From Candidatus Dormiibacterota bacterium (lineage in GTDB: Bacteria > Chloroflexota > Dormibacteria > Aeolococcales > Bog-877): a DNA stretch of 64,000 nucleotides. Shown one piece after another: positions 1-8,635 of the stretch (position 1 is the first letter of the stretch; each line of letters begins with the position of its first letter). Where the stretch lies: assembly GCA_027339635.1 (NCBI GenBank), contig DAHWNZ010000002.1:24874-88873 (forward strand), in the 5' to 3' direction. Below the pieces are notes generated by a model that was not told the origin of the DNA, searched no databases, and was given only the letters and a program-made list of their open reading frames with translations. The translations under genes and the position numbers were made by a program.

Positions 1-72
1 TCGCACGGGATATTGTGGCCAACCCTGCTCTCGCACGCCAAATTTGAGCCGGCATCTGCTAACGTGCGCAGC

Positions 73-1116
73 ATGGGAGCCCTGATCGCTCTGATCGTAA
101 TCATCGTCTTGGCTCTCATCTTCGTGCGCCTCAGCGTGCGGGTGGTGCAGCAGGGCCAGAAGGGCGTGGTGAAACGCCTGGGACGCTTTCACGCCACCCA
201 CAACCCCGGGCTCATCTTCCTGATTCCTTTCTTTGACAGCATGGCCCGGGTGGACATGCGAGAGGTGCCCCGGCGCGGCGACAAGCAGGATGTGATCACC
301 AAGGACAACGTTGCCGTGGGCGTCAGCGCCACCATCTTCCACCAGGTGGTGGATGTGAACAAGGCCCTCTTTGAGGTTCAGGACTATCTCGTGGCCATCG
401 ACCAGATCGGGCGCACCGCCCTCCGCGCCGTCTTCGGGACCATGACCCTGGATGAGGCTCTCTCGGAGCGCCAGCGGATCAACACCCTCTTGAGCGAGCA
501 CATCGCCGAAGCCACCGAGAAGTGGGGGGTCAGGGTGAACCGGATCGAGGTCCTGGACATCCTCCCGCCCCAGAACATCCTGCGCGCGATGGAGGAGCAG
601 AAGGAGGCCGATCAGCACAAGCGATCGGTGATCCTGAAGTCGGAGGGGGACAAGCAGGCCGCCATCAATCAGGCCGAGGGCGAGGCTCAGGCCAACATCA
701 CCAGGGCGACCGCCCAGAAGCAGGCAACCGTCCTCGCGGCTGAGGCGAGAAAGCAGGCCCAGATCCTGGAGGCCGAGGGCAACCAGGAGAGTCAGAAGTT
801 GGAAGCTCTGGGCGAGGCAGCGGCGATCGACTCTGTGTTCAGGGCGATCCATGAGGGCAAGGCCAGTCCCGATGTGCTGTCGTTCTGGCAGCTGAAGAAC
901 CTCTCCCGGCTCGCCGACAGTCCCAATGCCAAGCTGATCGTGCCCGCTGACTTCGCCGGACTGCTTGGTGCCGCCCAGGCCTTGGTCGACACCATGGGAT
1001 CGCCGGTCACGCCGCCGGCACCCTCTCTGCCCAGCAATGGAAAGCCCGTACCGACTGTGTCGGCACACGCTGGACCCAGGTCGAGGCGGAGCGAGTCCGA
1101 GGCCAAACCCTCTTAG
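73..1116 (+). CDS. SPFH/Band 7 (stomatin/QmcA-like) membrane protein
   Basis: N-terminal TM, then RLGRF..PGL..IPF.D, QDVITKDNV and E.WG..V.R.E SPFH motifs and a coiled-coil tail. ATG 73 preferred (TGcTAACGT at 57-65). Confidence 0.93.
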   Translation: MGALIALIVIIVLALIFVRLSVRVVQQGQKGVVKRLGRFHATHNPGLIFLIPFFDSMARVDMREVPRRGDKQDVITKDNVAVGVSATIFHQVVDVNKALFEVQDYLVAIDQIGRTALRAVFGTMTLDEALSERQRINTLLSEHIAEATEKWGVRVNRIEVLDILPPQNILRAMEEQKEADQHKRSVILKSEGDKQAAINQAEGEAQANITRATAQKQATVLAAEARKQAQILEAEGNQESQKLEALGEAAAIDSVFRAIHEGKASPDVLSFWQLKNLSRLADSPNAKLIVPADFAGLLGAAQALVDTMGSPVTPPAPSLPSNGKPVPTVSAHAGPRSRRSESEAKPS

Positions 1117-1140
1117 AGTCCGGCTCCGTGCGAGTGTTGG

Positions 1141-1395
1141 TTGCCGTCACCAGGTCGCGTGCTCGCGGCGATGTTTGATCATGGCCGGGTGATGCGCAAC
1201 GGGATTGAAGCTCTGGCCGGGGAGGAAGGTTTGGTGTCGGTGGAGATCCCCGGCAGCATTCACCTGGGAGCCGTCCACGCGCGGGGCGAGGACTGGCCGG
1301 CGCTCTCAGCCTACGGAGACCCAATCGCCGCAGGCACGATCGTCTACATAATGGAGGTCAACAAGGGCCACTTGATCGTGGCCCCGCAGAGCTGA
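1141..1395 (+). CDS. NfeD-like C-terminal OB-fold protein (short, no TM)
   Basis: G.V...GE.W.A.....I..G..V.I......L.V.P pattern; directly downstream of the SPFH gene. Start uncertain (ATG 1171 possible). Confidence 0.75.
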   Translation: MPSPGRVLAAMFDHGRVMRNGIEALAGEEGLVSVEIPGSIHLGAVHARGEDWPALSAYGDPIAAGTIVYIMEVNKGHLIVAPQS

Positions 1396-1672
1396 TTCCA
1401 AGCGCCGGCACCAAGCCGGACGGGCTGGCGCGTAGGGTTCGGCGGCAGCCGCCGCTGCGCCCCTCCGACCAGGGCACGGTCCCTCCGGTGGTGCCCCTTA
1501 AGGTCGGGGTCGGGCGTCACGATCGGTGGGGATGCGCCCGGTCCCTGGCAAGGACCTGCACAGCCAGCCCGGGGGTTCACTCGGCGGTGATTGCAGGACG
1601 GTTCAGGATCTTCCTCGGGCCTCGATCCGTCTGCTGGTGGACCAGGCTCACCTGGGCCGCGCCCAGCGCTGA

Positions 1673-2779
1673 TCAGACGTTGAAAAGGAAGTGCATGACG
1701 TCCCCGTCTCTGGTCAGATAGTCCTTGCCCTCCAGCCGGCGCTGGCCGCGTTCCCGCACCCCCGCGTATCCGCCCGCGGCGACCAGATCCTCCCAGTTGC
1801 AGACCTCGGCACGGATGAATCCGCGGGCAAAGTCCGAGTGGATGGTCCCCGCCGCCTCGACGGCGTTGGAGCCGTCGGTGACCGTCCATGCTCTCACCTC
1901 CTTCTCCCCGGCGGTGAAGAATGTCAGCAGCGACAGCGCGTGATAACCAGCCCGGCTGAGACGGGGCAGACCCGCCTCCGCCAATCCCATGCCCGCCAGG
2001 AACTCCGCTGCCTCCTGCGGCTCCAGCTCGCTTAGCTCAGCCTCCAGCCTGGCCGAGACGGCGACGAAATCGGCACCCTCCTTCGCGGCGCGGGCGAAGA
2101 TCGGGGCCGCGGCACCCTGGGCTGGGTCTGCGCCCAACTCGTCCTCGTCCACGTTGGCGACATAGATGACCGGCTTGGCCGTCAGCAGCTGGGCTTCCTT
2201 CAGGGCCGGCGCTTCCTCATTCGAGAGCTCAACGGCGCGCGCGGGAACCCCTCGATCGAGGGCGGCCCGCACTCGTTGCAGAGCCTCCACCTCGATCCTT
2301 GCCTCCCTGCCTCCGGCTCCCGCCCTGGCGGTCCGGCCCACCCTGTCCAGGCGCCGATCGAGGGCCGCTATGTCCGCAAGGCTCAACTCCAGCTCCAGGA
2401 TCTCCAGATCGCGGGTGGGGTCGAGCCGCCCCTCGACGTGGCCGACATCCGACGCTGAGAAGGCTCGCAGGACGAACGCTATGGCATCGGCGCCGCGCAC
2501 ATGGCCCAGGAACTGGTTGCCGAGCCCCTCACCCTGACTGGCTCCGCGCACCAGGCCCGCGATATCGGTGAAGGTGACGGTGGCGGGGATCACCTTGGGG
2601 GGTTTGAAGATCTCCGCCAGCCGCTGCAGCCTGGGGTCCGGCACCGGCACCACCCCGGTGTTGGGCTCTATGGTCGTGAAGGGAAATGCCCCCACTGCCG
2701 CGTGGGCCCTCGTCAGAGCGTTGAAGAGCGTGGACTTACCCGCATTGGGCAGGCCGACGATCCCGACCGACAGGCTCAC
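1673..2779 (-). CDS. ychF: Obg-family ATPase YchF
   Basis: GIVGLPNAGKSTLFNALT, FPFTTIEPN, DIAGLV.GAS.GEGLGNQFL, C-terminal TGS ending DGDV.HF.FNV. Confidence 0.97.
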   Translation of the reverse strand: MSLSVGIVGLPNAGKSTLFNALTRAHAAVGAFPFTTIEPNTGVVPVPDPRLQRLAEIFKPPKVIPATVTFTDIAGLVRGASQGEGLGNQFLGHVRGADAIAFVLRAFSASDVGHVEGRLDPTRDLEILELELSLADIAALDRRLDRVGRTARAGAGGREARIEVEALQRVRAALDRGVPARAVELSNEEAPALKEAQLLTAKPVIYVANVDEDELGADPAQGAAAPIFARAAKEGADFVAVSARLEAELSELEPQEAAEFLAGMGLAEAGLPRLSRAGYHALSLLTFFTAGEKEVRAWTVTDGSNAVEAAGTIHSDFARGFIRAEVCNWEDLVAAGGYAGVRERGQRRLEGKDYLTRDGDVMHFLFNV

Positions 2780-2788
2780 CGAGGGATC

Positions 2789-3622
2789 TCAGCCCTGCTC
2801 GGCTCGGTCGAGCTGATAGTGGCTGACGACAGAGGCCAGGCCACCATCCCCGGGGCCGCCCGTCACCCATTCCGCCAGCTCCAACACCTCCGGGGCTGAA
2901 CCCTGGACGGCAACCGGGTGGCCCACGGCACGCAGCATGGGCAGGTCGTTGGGGGCATCGCCAAGGGCGACCACGTCGCCGGGGTCCAGCCCTAGGTGGT
3001 GGCAGAGAAAGAGCACCGCCTCTCCCTTGTCGACCCCCTTGGCCGTTATCTCGCAGAAGCCAACGATGGAGCTGGTCACCTCCGCGCCCTCCCCCGCCAC
3101 AGCCGCCACCTCCGCCATGACCTGGGGGAACTTAGCTCGGTCCGCCACGACGACGGTCAGCTTGGTCGTGCCCTCCAAGAGGCGGACTTCCAAGGGTGGG
3201 TCCTTAGCGACGGTCGCGGGAATCTGGGCGATGCTGGTGTAGAACTCCACATCCGGGGTGATGGCGTCGACCAAGAGCTGGTCACCCTGGTAGACATTGA
3301 CGGCCCAGCCACGTTGGCGGGCCAATTCCAAAACCGGCAGCGAGACTTCGGAGTCCACCTCTTGGCGCCTCAACACCGGCCCTGGCCCGTCTCCGGCGGG
3401 AAGCTCCTGGATGAGGGCTCCCTGGTAACAGATGAGGGGCAGCCGGGTCTGGAGCTCTTGGGCGTAGGGGAGAGCTGAGCGATACATGCGCCCCGTGGCA
3501 ATCCCCAACGGCACTCCCACCGACTGAGCCCGATGGGCCGCCTCCACGTCCCTAGGGTCGAGGGTGAGCCGCCGGTCCAGCAGGGTCCCATCCAAATCCG
3601 AGATCAAAAGGCGCGCGGTCAT
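2789..3622 (-). CDS. Cof-type HAD-IIB hydrolase
   Basis: DLDGTLL, ATGR, GVDKG, GDAPND motifs; GGAGG before ATG 3622. Confidence 0.92.
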   Translation of the reverse strand: MTARLLISDLDGTLLDRRLTLDPRDVEAAHRAQSVGVPLGIATGRMYRSALPYAQELQTRLPLICYQGALIQELPAGDGPGPVLRRQEVDSEVSLPVLELARQRGWAVNVYQGDQLLVDAITPDVEFYTSIAQIPATVAKDPPLEVRLLEGTTKLTVVVADRAKFPQVMAEVAAVAGEGAEVTSSIVGFCEITAKGVDKGEAVLFLCHHLGLDPGDVVALGDAPNDLPMLRAVGHPVAVQGSAPEVLELAEWVTGGPGDGGLASVVSHYQLDRAEQG

Positions 3623-3942
3623 GGCCTCCATCGCTCCGGCGTGAAGGGGAAGGACGACGGCCTGGGGCACCTGGTACTCATACCCGCCGATTGTCGCCGA
3701 TCGGCGCTGGCTGGCGGCGGCGCAGTCAGCGGCCGATGTGTCCACGGCGGCGCCGTTGGAGCGGCCTGGATGCTCCCCATCTGAGCTCCAGGTTCCCTCC
3801 GGTTGGCTCGGCATGCGCAGGAGCGATGCGCCTGGAAGCGCCATCGGGCTCCGAGCTGGCGCTCGTTCCCGCAATCCCAGCGGCGCTGACTTCGGCTATA
3901 TTGAATTCCTTGCCAGTTCATCGCAGGCGCCCCTTCCGTCCG

Positions 3943-5160
3943 GTGGCGCCCACCTACAACGCTCCAGCCTCGGCTGAGCCAGCACCCGCGGCGCCGGCTC
4001 CTTCGCTGAGCTTCTCCGAGCTCGGGCTGTCTTCGGGGATGCTGGCCACCCTGGACGAGATTGGATACTCCGAGCCCACTCCGATTCAGGCTCTCACCTT
4101 GCCCGCGGCCCTCTCGGGCAGGGACGTGATCGGACAGGCTCAGACCGGTTCCGGGAAGACCGCCGCATTTGCGATACCGGTGCTGGAACGCTTGACGCCG
4201 GGGCGGACCGAGGTGCAGGCCCTGGTGATGTGCCCCACCCGCGAGCTGGCCGCCCAGGTGACGGCCGAATTCGAGCGCCTGGGCAGGGCCGCTCAGGTGG
4301 GCACCCTGGCCATAGTCGGCGGTGACCCCATCCACCGCCAGCTGACCGGCCTCAAGGAGCACCCAGCGGTGGTGGTGGGCACCCCGGGGCGCATCCTGGA
4401 TCACCTGCAGCGAAGGACGCTGTCGCTCAGGTCCATCCGCTTTGCGGTGCTGGATGAGGCGGACCGTATGCTGGACATGGGCTTCGCGCCGGATGTCGAG
4501 CGGATTCTGCAACAGACTCCCCGGGAACGGCAGACGCTGCTGTTCTCGGCCACGGTCCCGGGCTGGATCCATCGGCTGGTGGAGCGCCACATGCGCAACC
4601 CCGAGACCATCTCCGTCAGCGGCCAGGCGGAGCTGGTGAGCACGGTGAGCCAGTGGTGCATCGAGTGCTCCTGGGCCGACAAGGTGGAGGCGCTCTCCCT
4701 GCTTCTGGACAGCCCCAGGGTCACCTGCGGCCTCATCTTCACCGCCACCAAGCGCAATGCCGACATGCTGCACACAGTGCTGCTGGGGCGGGGCTACGAC
4801 GTCACGGTGCTGCATGGGGATCTCTCCCAGTCGGATCGGGACCGAGCCCTGAAGAGGTTCCGCGACTCCAAGGTTCGGTTCCTCATCGCCACCGACGTCG
4901 CCGCCCGTGGAATCGACATCGACGACATAAGCCACGTGATCAACTACGACGTCCCCGCCAGCCCTGAGGACTACATCCACAGGGTGGGCAGGACCGCCAG
5001 GGCGGGGCGGGACGGGGTGGCGCTCACGCTGATCACGCCCATCGAGATCCTCAAGATCCGGGACATCGAGAAGCACACCCACCGGCCCATCGAGCGGCAC
5101 ACGCTCGAGGACCTCCACCAGCTGGCCGGAACCCTCAACACCGTAACCAGCGTCGGCTGA
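3943..5160 (+). CDS. DEAD-box RNA helicase
   Basis: Q-motif PTPIQ, AQTGSGKT, PTRELA, TPGR, DEAD, SAT, ARGID, HRVGRTAR; start approximate. Confidence 0.96.
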   Translation: MAPTYNAPASAEPAPAAPAPSLSFSELGLSSGMLATLDEIGYSEPTPIQALTLPAALSGRDVIGQAQTGSGKTAAFAIPVLERLTPGRTEVQALVMCPTRELAAQVTAEFERLGRAAQVGTLAIVGGDPIHRQLTGLKEHPAVVVGTPGRILDHLQRRTLSLRSIRFAVLDEADRMLDMGFAPDVERILQQTPRERQTLLFSATVPGWIHRLVERHMRNPETISVSGQAELVSTVSQWCIECSWADKVEALSLLLDSPRVTCGLIFTATKRNADMLHTVLLGRGYDVTVLHGDLSQSDRDRALKRFRDSKVRFLIATDVAARGIDIDDISHVINYDVPASPEDYIHRVGRTARAGRDGVALTLITPIEILKIRDIEKHTHRPIERHTLEDLHQLAGTLNTVTSVG

Positions 5161-5214
5161 AGCGGGCCTGTCGCCAGCTTCAACTCACGGCCCTTAGCAC
5201 GTCCCCAATTCTTG

Positions 5215-5223
5215 TGCTATAGT
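5215..5223 (+). promoter_or_regulatory. Extended -10 promoter element (TGcTATAGT) of the padR-ABC operon
   Basis: TGnTATAGT ends 12 nt before ATG 5236. Confidence 0.55.
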
Positions 5224-5235
5224 GCGCTTTGCAAT

Positions 5236-5937
5236 ATGGCTGATATTAAGACTCCGGGTGGCCTCGACCTCGCCATGCTGGCCGTCCTGGGCATCCTGAT
5301 GGAGGGCGATCGCCACCCCTACGACATAGCTCGTGAGGTGAAGGTGCGTCACCACGAGGAGCCGCCGGGGCACACCCCGAGGTCGCTGTACCACGCGGTC
5401 GAGAAGCTCTGCGATCTGGGGCTCATCGAGGTCGTCGAGACCATCCGAGAGGGACGGCGCCCAGAGCGCACGGTGTATCGGATCACCGAGGAGGGCATGG
5501 AGGAGCTGCGCCACGGGCTGGTCGACCTTCTCATCAACCCGAACCTGGGCAACCGGATGTTCAAGGCGGCGGTGGCCAGGCTGGGCTACCTGACCGAGGG
5601 GGATGCGCTGATGGGACTGGGCCTGAGACTGGCCAACCTCCGCGGCCTGATCGCCCATCAGGAGGCGACGGCCCGGATTCTCCGGGAACAGACCAGGATT
5701 CCCCGGTTGTTTCTGCTGGAGATCGAGTTGTCGACGGCTCAGATGCGGGCCGAAGCGGCCTGGGTGGAGTCCGTCATGGATGGGATCCGGCAGGGGGAGT
5801 TCGACGTCGAAGCAGAGTGGATCGCGCGGATGCCGCACGCAGTAGCGGGCGAGGGAGTGGCTCTGGCGATGCAGGGACGCGATCGGCCGCGAGGGGCGGG
5901 GCCGACGCAACAGGAATCCGTGGAGGACAAGCGGTGA
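5236..5937 (+). CDS. PadR-family transcriptional regulator
   Basis: HPYDI, SLYHAVEKL...GLI, GRRPERTVYRITEEG winged helix; GTGA overlap with next gene. Confidence 0.92.
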   Translation: MADIKTPGGLDLAMLAVLGILMEGDRHPYDIAREVKVRHHEEPPGHTPRSLYHAVEKLCDLGLIEVVETIREGRRPERTVYRITEEGMEELRHGLVDLLINPNLGNRMFKAAVARLGYLTEGDALMGLGLRLANLRGLIAHQEATARILREQTRIPRLFLLEIELSTAQMRAEAAWVESVMDGIRQGEFDVEAEWIARMPHAVAGEGVALAMQGRDRPRGAGPTQQESVEDKR

Positions 5938-6914
5938 GCACAGCACAAGCCGGCGATGCGGTTATCTCGACCACTGATTTGCGGCGCACCTTCAAGAGCC
6001 GCAGGGGGCTGGTGGAGGCCGTGGCGGGCGTCACCATGACCGTGCTCCAGGGCGAGATCTTCGGTTTTCTCGGCCCCAACGGTGCCGGCAAGACGACCAC
6101 TCTCAGGATGCTGGCGACCCTGCTGCCACCCACCTCGGGGGCGGCAACCGTTGCCGGTCGCGACCTGCTGCGGGATCCCGGCGGGGTGAGGGCCAGGATC
6201 GGCTACGTGGGCCAGGCCGGCGGCTCGGATCCCGAGGTCACAGGAAGGAACGAGCTGGCGTTTGAGGCGCGCCTCTACGGGATGCCTGCCAAGCAGGCCG
6301 CCTCGCGCTCGGATGAGCTGCTCACAGCCCTGGAGCTGCAGAGCTGCGCCGACCGCAAGGTCAAGACCTACTCGGGCGGGCAGCGCCGCCGCCTCGACAT
6401 GGGGCTCGGGCTGGTGCACTCCCCAGAGCTGCTCTTCCTCGACGAGCCCACGACCGGCCTGGATCCCCAGAGTCGGGCCCGCATGTGGGACGAGGTGCGC
6501 CACCTGCGCGACCGCGGGACCACCGTCTTTCTGACCACCCACTACCTGGAGGAGGCGGACGCTCTCTGTGACCGGCTAGCGATCATAGATCACGGGAAGA
6601 TCGTGGTCGAGGGCACCCCCGATGCGCTGAAGCGGGAGGTTGCGGGCGATGTCGTCACCCTGGGGGTGACGGGGCGGGGCCAGGCGGTTCTGGATCTGGT
6701 CCAGCAGCAGCCATTTGTGCGCGAGGCCACCCTGGACGACGATCTGGTACGCCTCTACGTGGACCACGGCGAGACCGCGGCCCCTGACCTGCTCCGGCTC
6801 CTCGACGGCGCCGGCCTGGAGCTCACCACCCTCGCCATGAGTCGGCCCAGCCTGGACGACGTATTCCTGCGCCAGACCGGGCGGTCCCTGCGCGAGTCCG
6901 AGGCGGCGGCATGA
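5934..6914 (+). CDS. DrrA-type ABC exporter ATP-binding subunit
   Basis: GPNGAGKTT, YSGGQRRR, LFLDEPTTGLDP, TTHYLEEA, PSLDDVFL. Confidence 0.95.
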   Translation: MSTAQAGDAVISTTDLRRTFKSRRGLVEAVAGVTMTVLQGEIFGFLGPNGAGKTTTLRMLATLLPPTSGAATVAGRDLLRDPGGVRARIGYVGQAGGSDPEVTGRNELAFEARLYGMPAKQAASRSDELLTALELQSCADRKVKTYSGGQRRRLDMGLGLVHSPELLFLDEPTTGLDPQSRARMWDEVRHLRDRGTTVFLTTHYLEEADALCDRLAIIDHGKIVVEGTPDALKREVAGDVVTLGVTGRGQAVLDLVQQQPFVREATLDDDLVRLYVDHGETAAPDLLRLLDGAGLELTTLAMSRPSLDDVFLRQTGRSLRESEAAA

Positions 6915-6942
6915 CCAAACACCTGACCGAGGAGGCCATCCC

Positions 6943-7704
6943 GTGAAGCTCATACGTGACACCTGGCTCGTATTTCAGCGCTATTTCTCCTTGTTCATCC
7001 ACAACCCGGCCTGGGTCGCCGTGGGCGTCGTGCAGCCGGCGCTTTACCTGCTGCTGTTCGCCCCTCTGCTCAAGGCCATCGTGCACCTGCCCGGATTTCC
7101 CCCGGGCGGCGCCTACAACGTGTTCGTCCCCGGGCTGCTGGTGCAACTCGGGATATTCGGCGCATCCGGAGTTGGCTTCAGCCTGATCTCGGAGCTGAGG
7201 GGCGGTGTTGTGGAGCGGCTCAGGGTGACGCCGGTCAGCCGTCTGGCCCTACTCCTGGGAAGGGCCCTCCGGGACACCCTGACGCTGCTGGTGCAGTCCC
7301 TCATCCTGATCGCCCTCGCCCTGCCCTTCGGGCTCAGCATTCAGCCGGTGGGCATCCTCATCATGCTGGCCCTGGTCGGCCTGATAGGCCTGCTCTTCGC
7401 CTCGGTCTCCTACTGGCTGGCCCTGGTGCTCAAGGACGAGAACTCCTTCGCGCCAATCATCTTCACGGCGGCCCTTCCCCTCCTGCTGCTCTCGGGCGTC
7501 CTGCTGCCAATGACCCTCGCGCCCCAGTGGCTGCAGACCATATCCACCCTCAATCCACTGTCGCACGCGGTCACGGCCGCCCGCTCCATCTTCCTGGGGC
7601 ATCTCGTCAACGCGACGGTGGGGGAGGGCATCCTGATCGTCGCGGTGCTGGCGCTGCTGGCGGTGGCCGGGGCGGCCAGGGCCTTCAGCAGGGCCGTTGC
7701 CTGA
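6943..7704 (+). CDS. ABC-2 type exporter permease
   Basis: About 6 TM, ERLRVTPVSR, APQWLQ..S.LNPLSH; GAGGAGG RBS. Confidence 0.93.
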   Translation: MKLIRDTWLVFQRYFSLFIHNPAWVAVGVVQPALYLLLFAPLLKAIVHLPGFPPGGAYNVFVPGLLVQLGIFGASGVGFSLISELRGGVVERLRVTPVSRLALLLGRALRDTLTLLVQSLILIALALPFGLSIQPVGILIMLALVGLIGLLFASVSYWLALVLKDENSFAPIIFTAALPLLLLSGVLLPMTLAPQWLQTISTLNPLSHAVTAARSIFLGHLVNATVGEGILIVAVLALLAVAGAARAFSRAVA

Positions 7705-7717
7705 CGGATCGCGCGCC

Positions 7718-8635
7718 TCAGGTTCTGGTCAGCTTCGAATACGCCTGGGGGACCGGCCCCTTCCAGGCGTCGGCGTGGAAGATGCGCGCCAGGATCTCAA
7801 TTCCGTCGACCACTCTGGGCCCCGGCCGGTTGAAGTACCAGGATCCATCGACCGCGAAGACCATCCCCTCCCTGACCGCCGCCAGGTCTCCCCAGCCGGG
7901 CAGCTCGGAGAGCCTGGCTCCCTGCTCGCAGCTGCCATCGAGCCGGAACCCACACGGCATCAGGATGATGATCTCGGGGGAGGCGGCGCGCACCTCGTCC
8001 ATGCTCACCTCGCGGGACCGCTGCCCCGAGGTGCCGAGGACGTCGATGCCTCCAGCGACATCCACCTGATCCGGGACCCAGTGGCCCCCGATCATGAGGG
8101 GGTCAACCCACTCCAGGCAGACAACCCGAGGCCGGGGCCTGCCCGCCACGGCTCCCCGGATGGCGTCGATCCGGGCCCAGAGGCTCCGAACCAGCTCCGC
8201 CGCGCGCTCCTTGGTGCCGGTCGCCCGCCCCACGTCCGCAATGGTGCGCATCACGTCAGCCAGAGAGCTGGGCTCCAGGGAGAGTACGGCGGGCTTGCCC
8301 GGCAGCAGGCGGGCAGCGTCGAGCACCTGCGGGTAAGCCACCGCGCAGACCTCGCACAGTTCCTGGGTCAGGATGATGTCCGGGCGCGCCCGCCTGAGCC
8401 CCTGATGATCCAGACGGTAGAGGCTGCTTCCCTGGTGTAGCGCCTCGCGCACATGTCGGTCGATCTCCCCTGGGGACGAGCTGCTGTGATCCAGCTCGGA
8501 AACGGTCAGAACGGGCTTGAACTCCGCCTGGGGCGGGAAATCACACTCGTGGGTGATCCCGACAACGCTCTGGCCCAGCCCGAGGGCAAAGCAGATCTCG
8601 GTCGCGCTCGGAAGCAAAGACACGATCCGCATCAC
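7718..8635 (-). CDS. BtuF-like (cobalamin/Fe-siderophore) binding-fold protein without signal peptide
   Basis: MRIVSLLPSATEI, GITHECDFP, PDIILTQELCEVCAV, FNRPGPR; start overlaps the stop of the YhaN-like gene. Confidence 0.85.
   Translation of the reverse strand: MMRIVSLLPSATEICFALGLGQSVVGITHECDFPPQAEFKPVLTVSELDHSSSSPGEIDRHVREALHQGSSLYRLDHQGLRRARPDIILTQELCEVCAVAYPQVLDAARLLPGKPAVLSLEPSSLADVMRTIADVGRATGTKERAAELVRSLWARIDAIRGAVAGRPRPRVVCLEWVDPLMIGGHWVPDQVDVAGGIDVLGTSGQRSREVSMDEVRAASPEIIILMPCGFRLDGSCEQGARLSELPGWGDLAAVREGMVFAVDGSWYFNRPGPRVVDGIEILARIFHADAWKGPVPQAYSKLTRT

Noticed and set aside
3623-3874. In-frame N-terminal extension of the HAD hydrolase
   Set aside because: A GGAGG directly precedes ATG 3622 and the DxD motif follows at its usual position.
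3619-5118. Long antisense ORFs (499 aa here; also 33423..35150, 42403..43851, 56936..58528, 22706..24166)
   Set aside because: They shadow well-supported genes on the opposite strand, have no motifs, and are expected in high-GC DNA.
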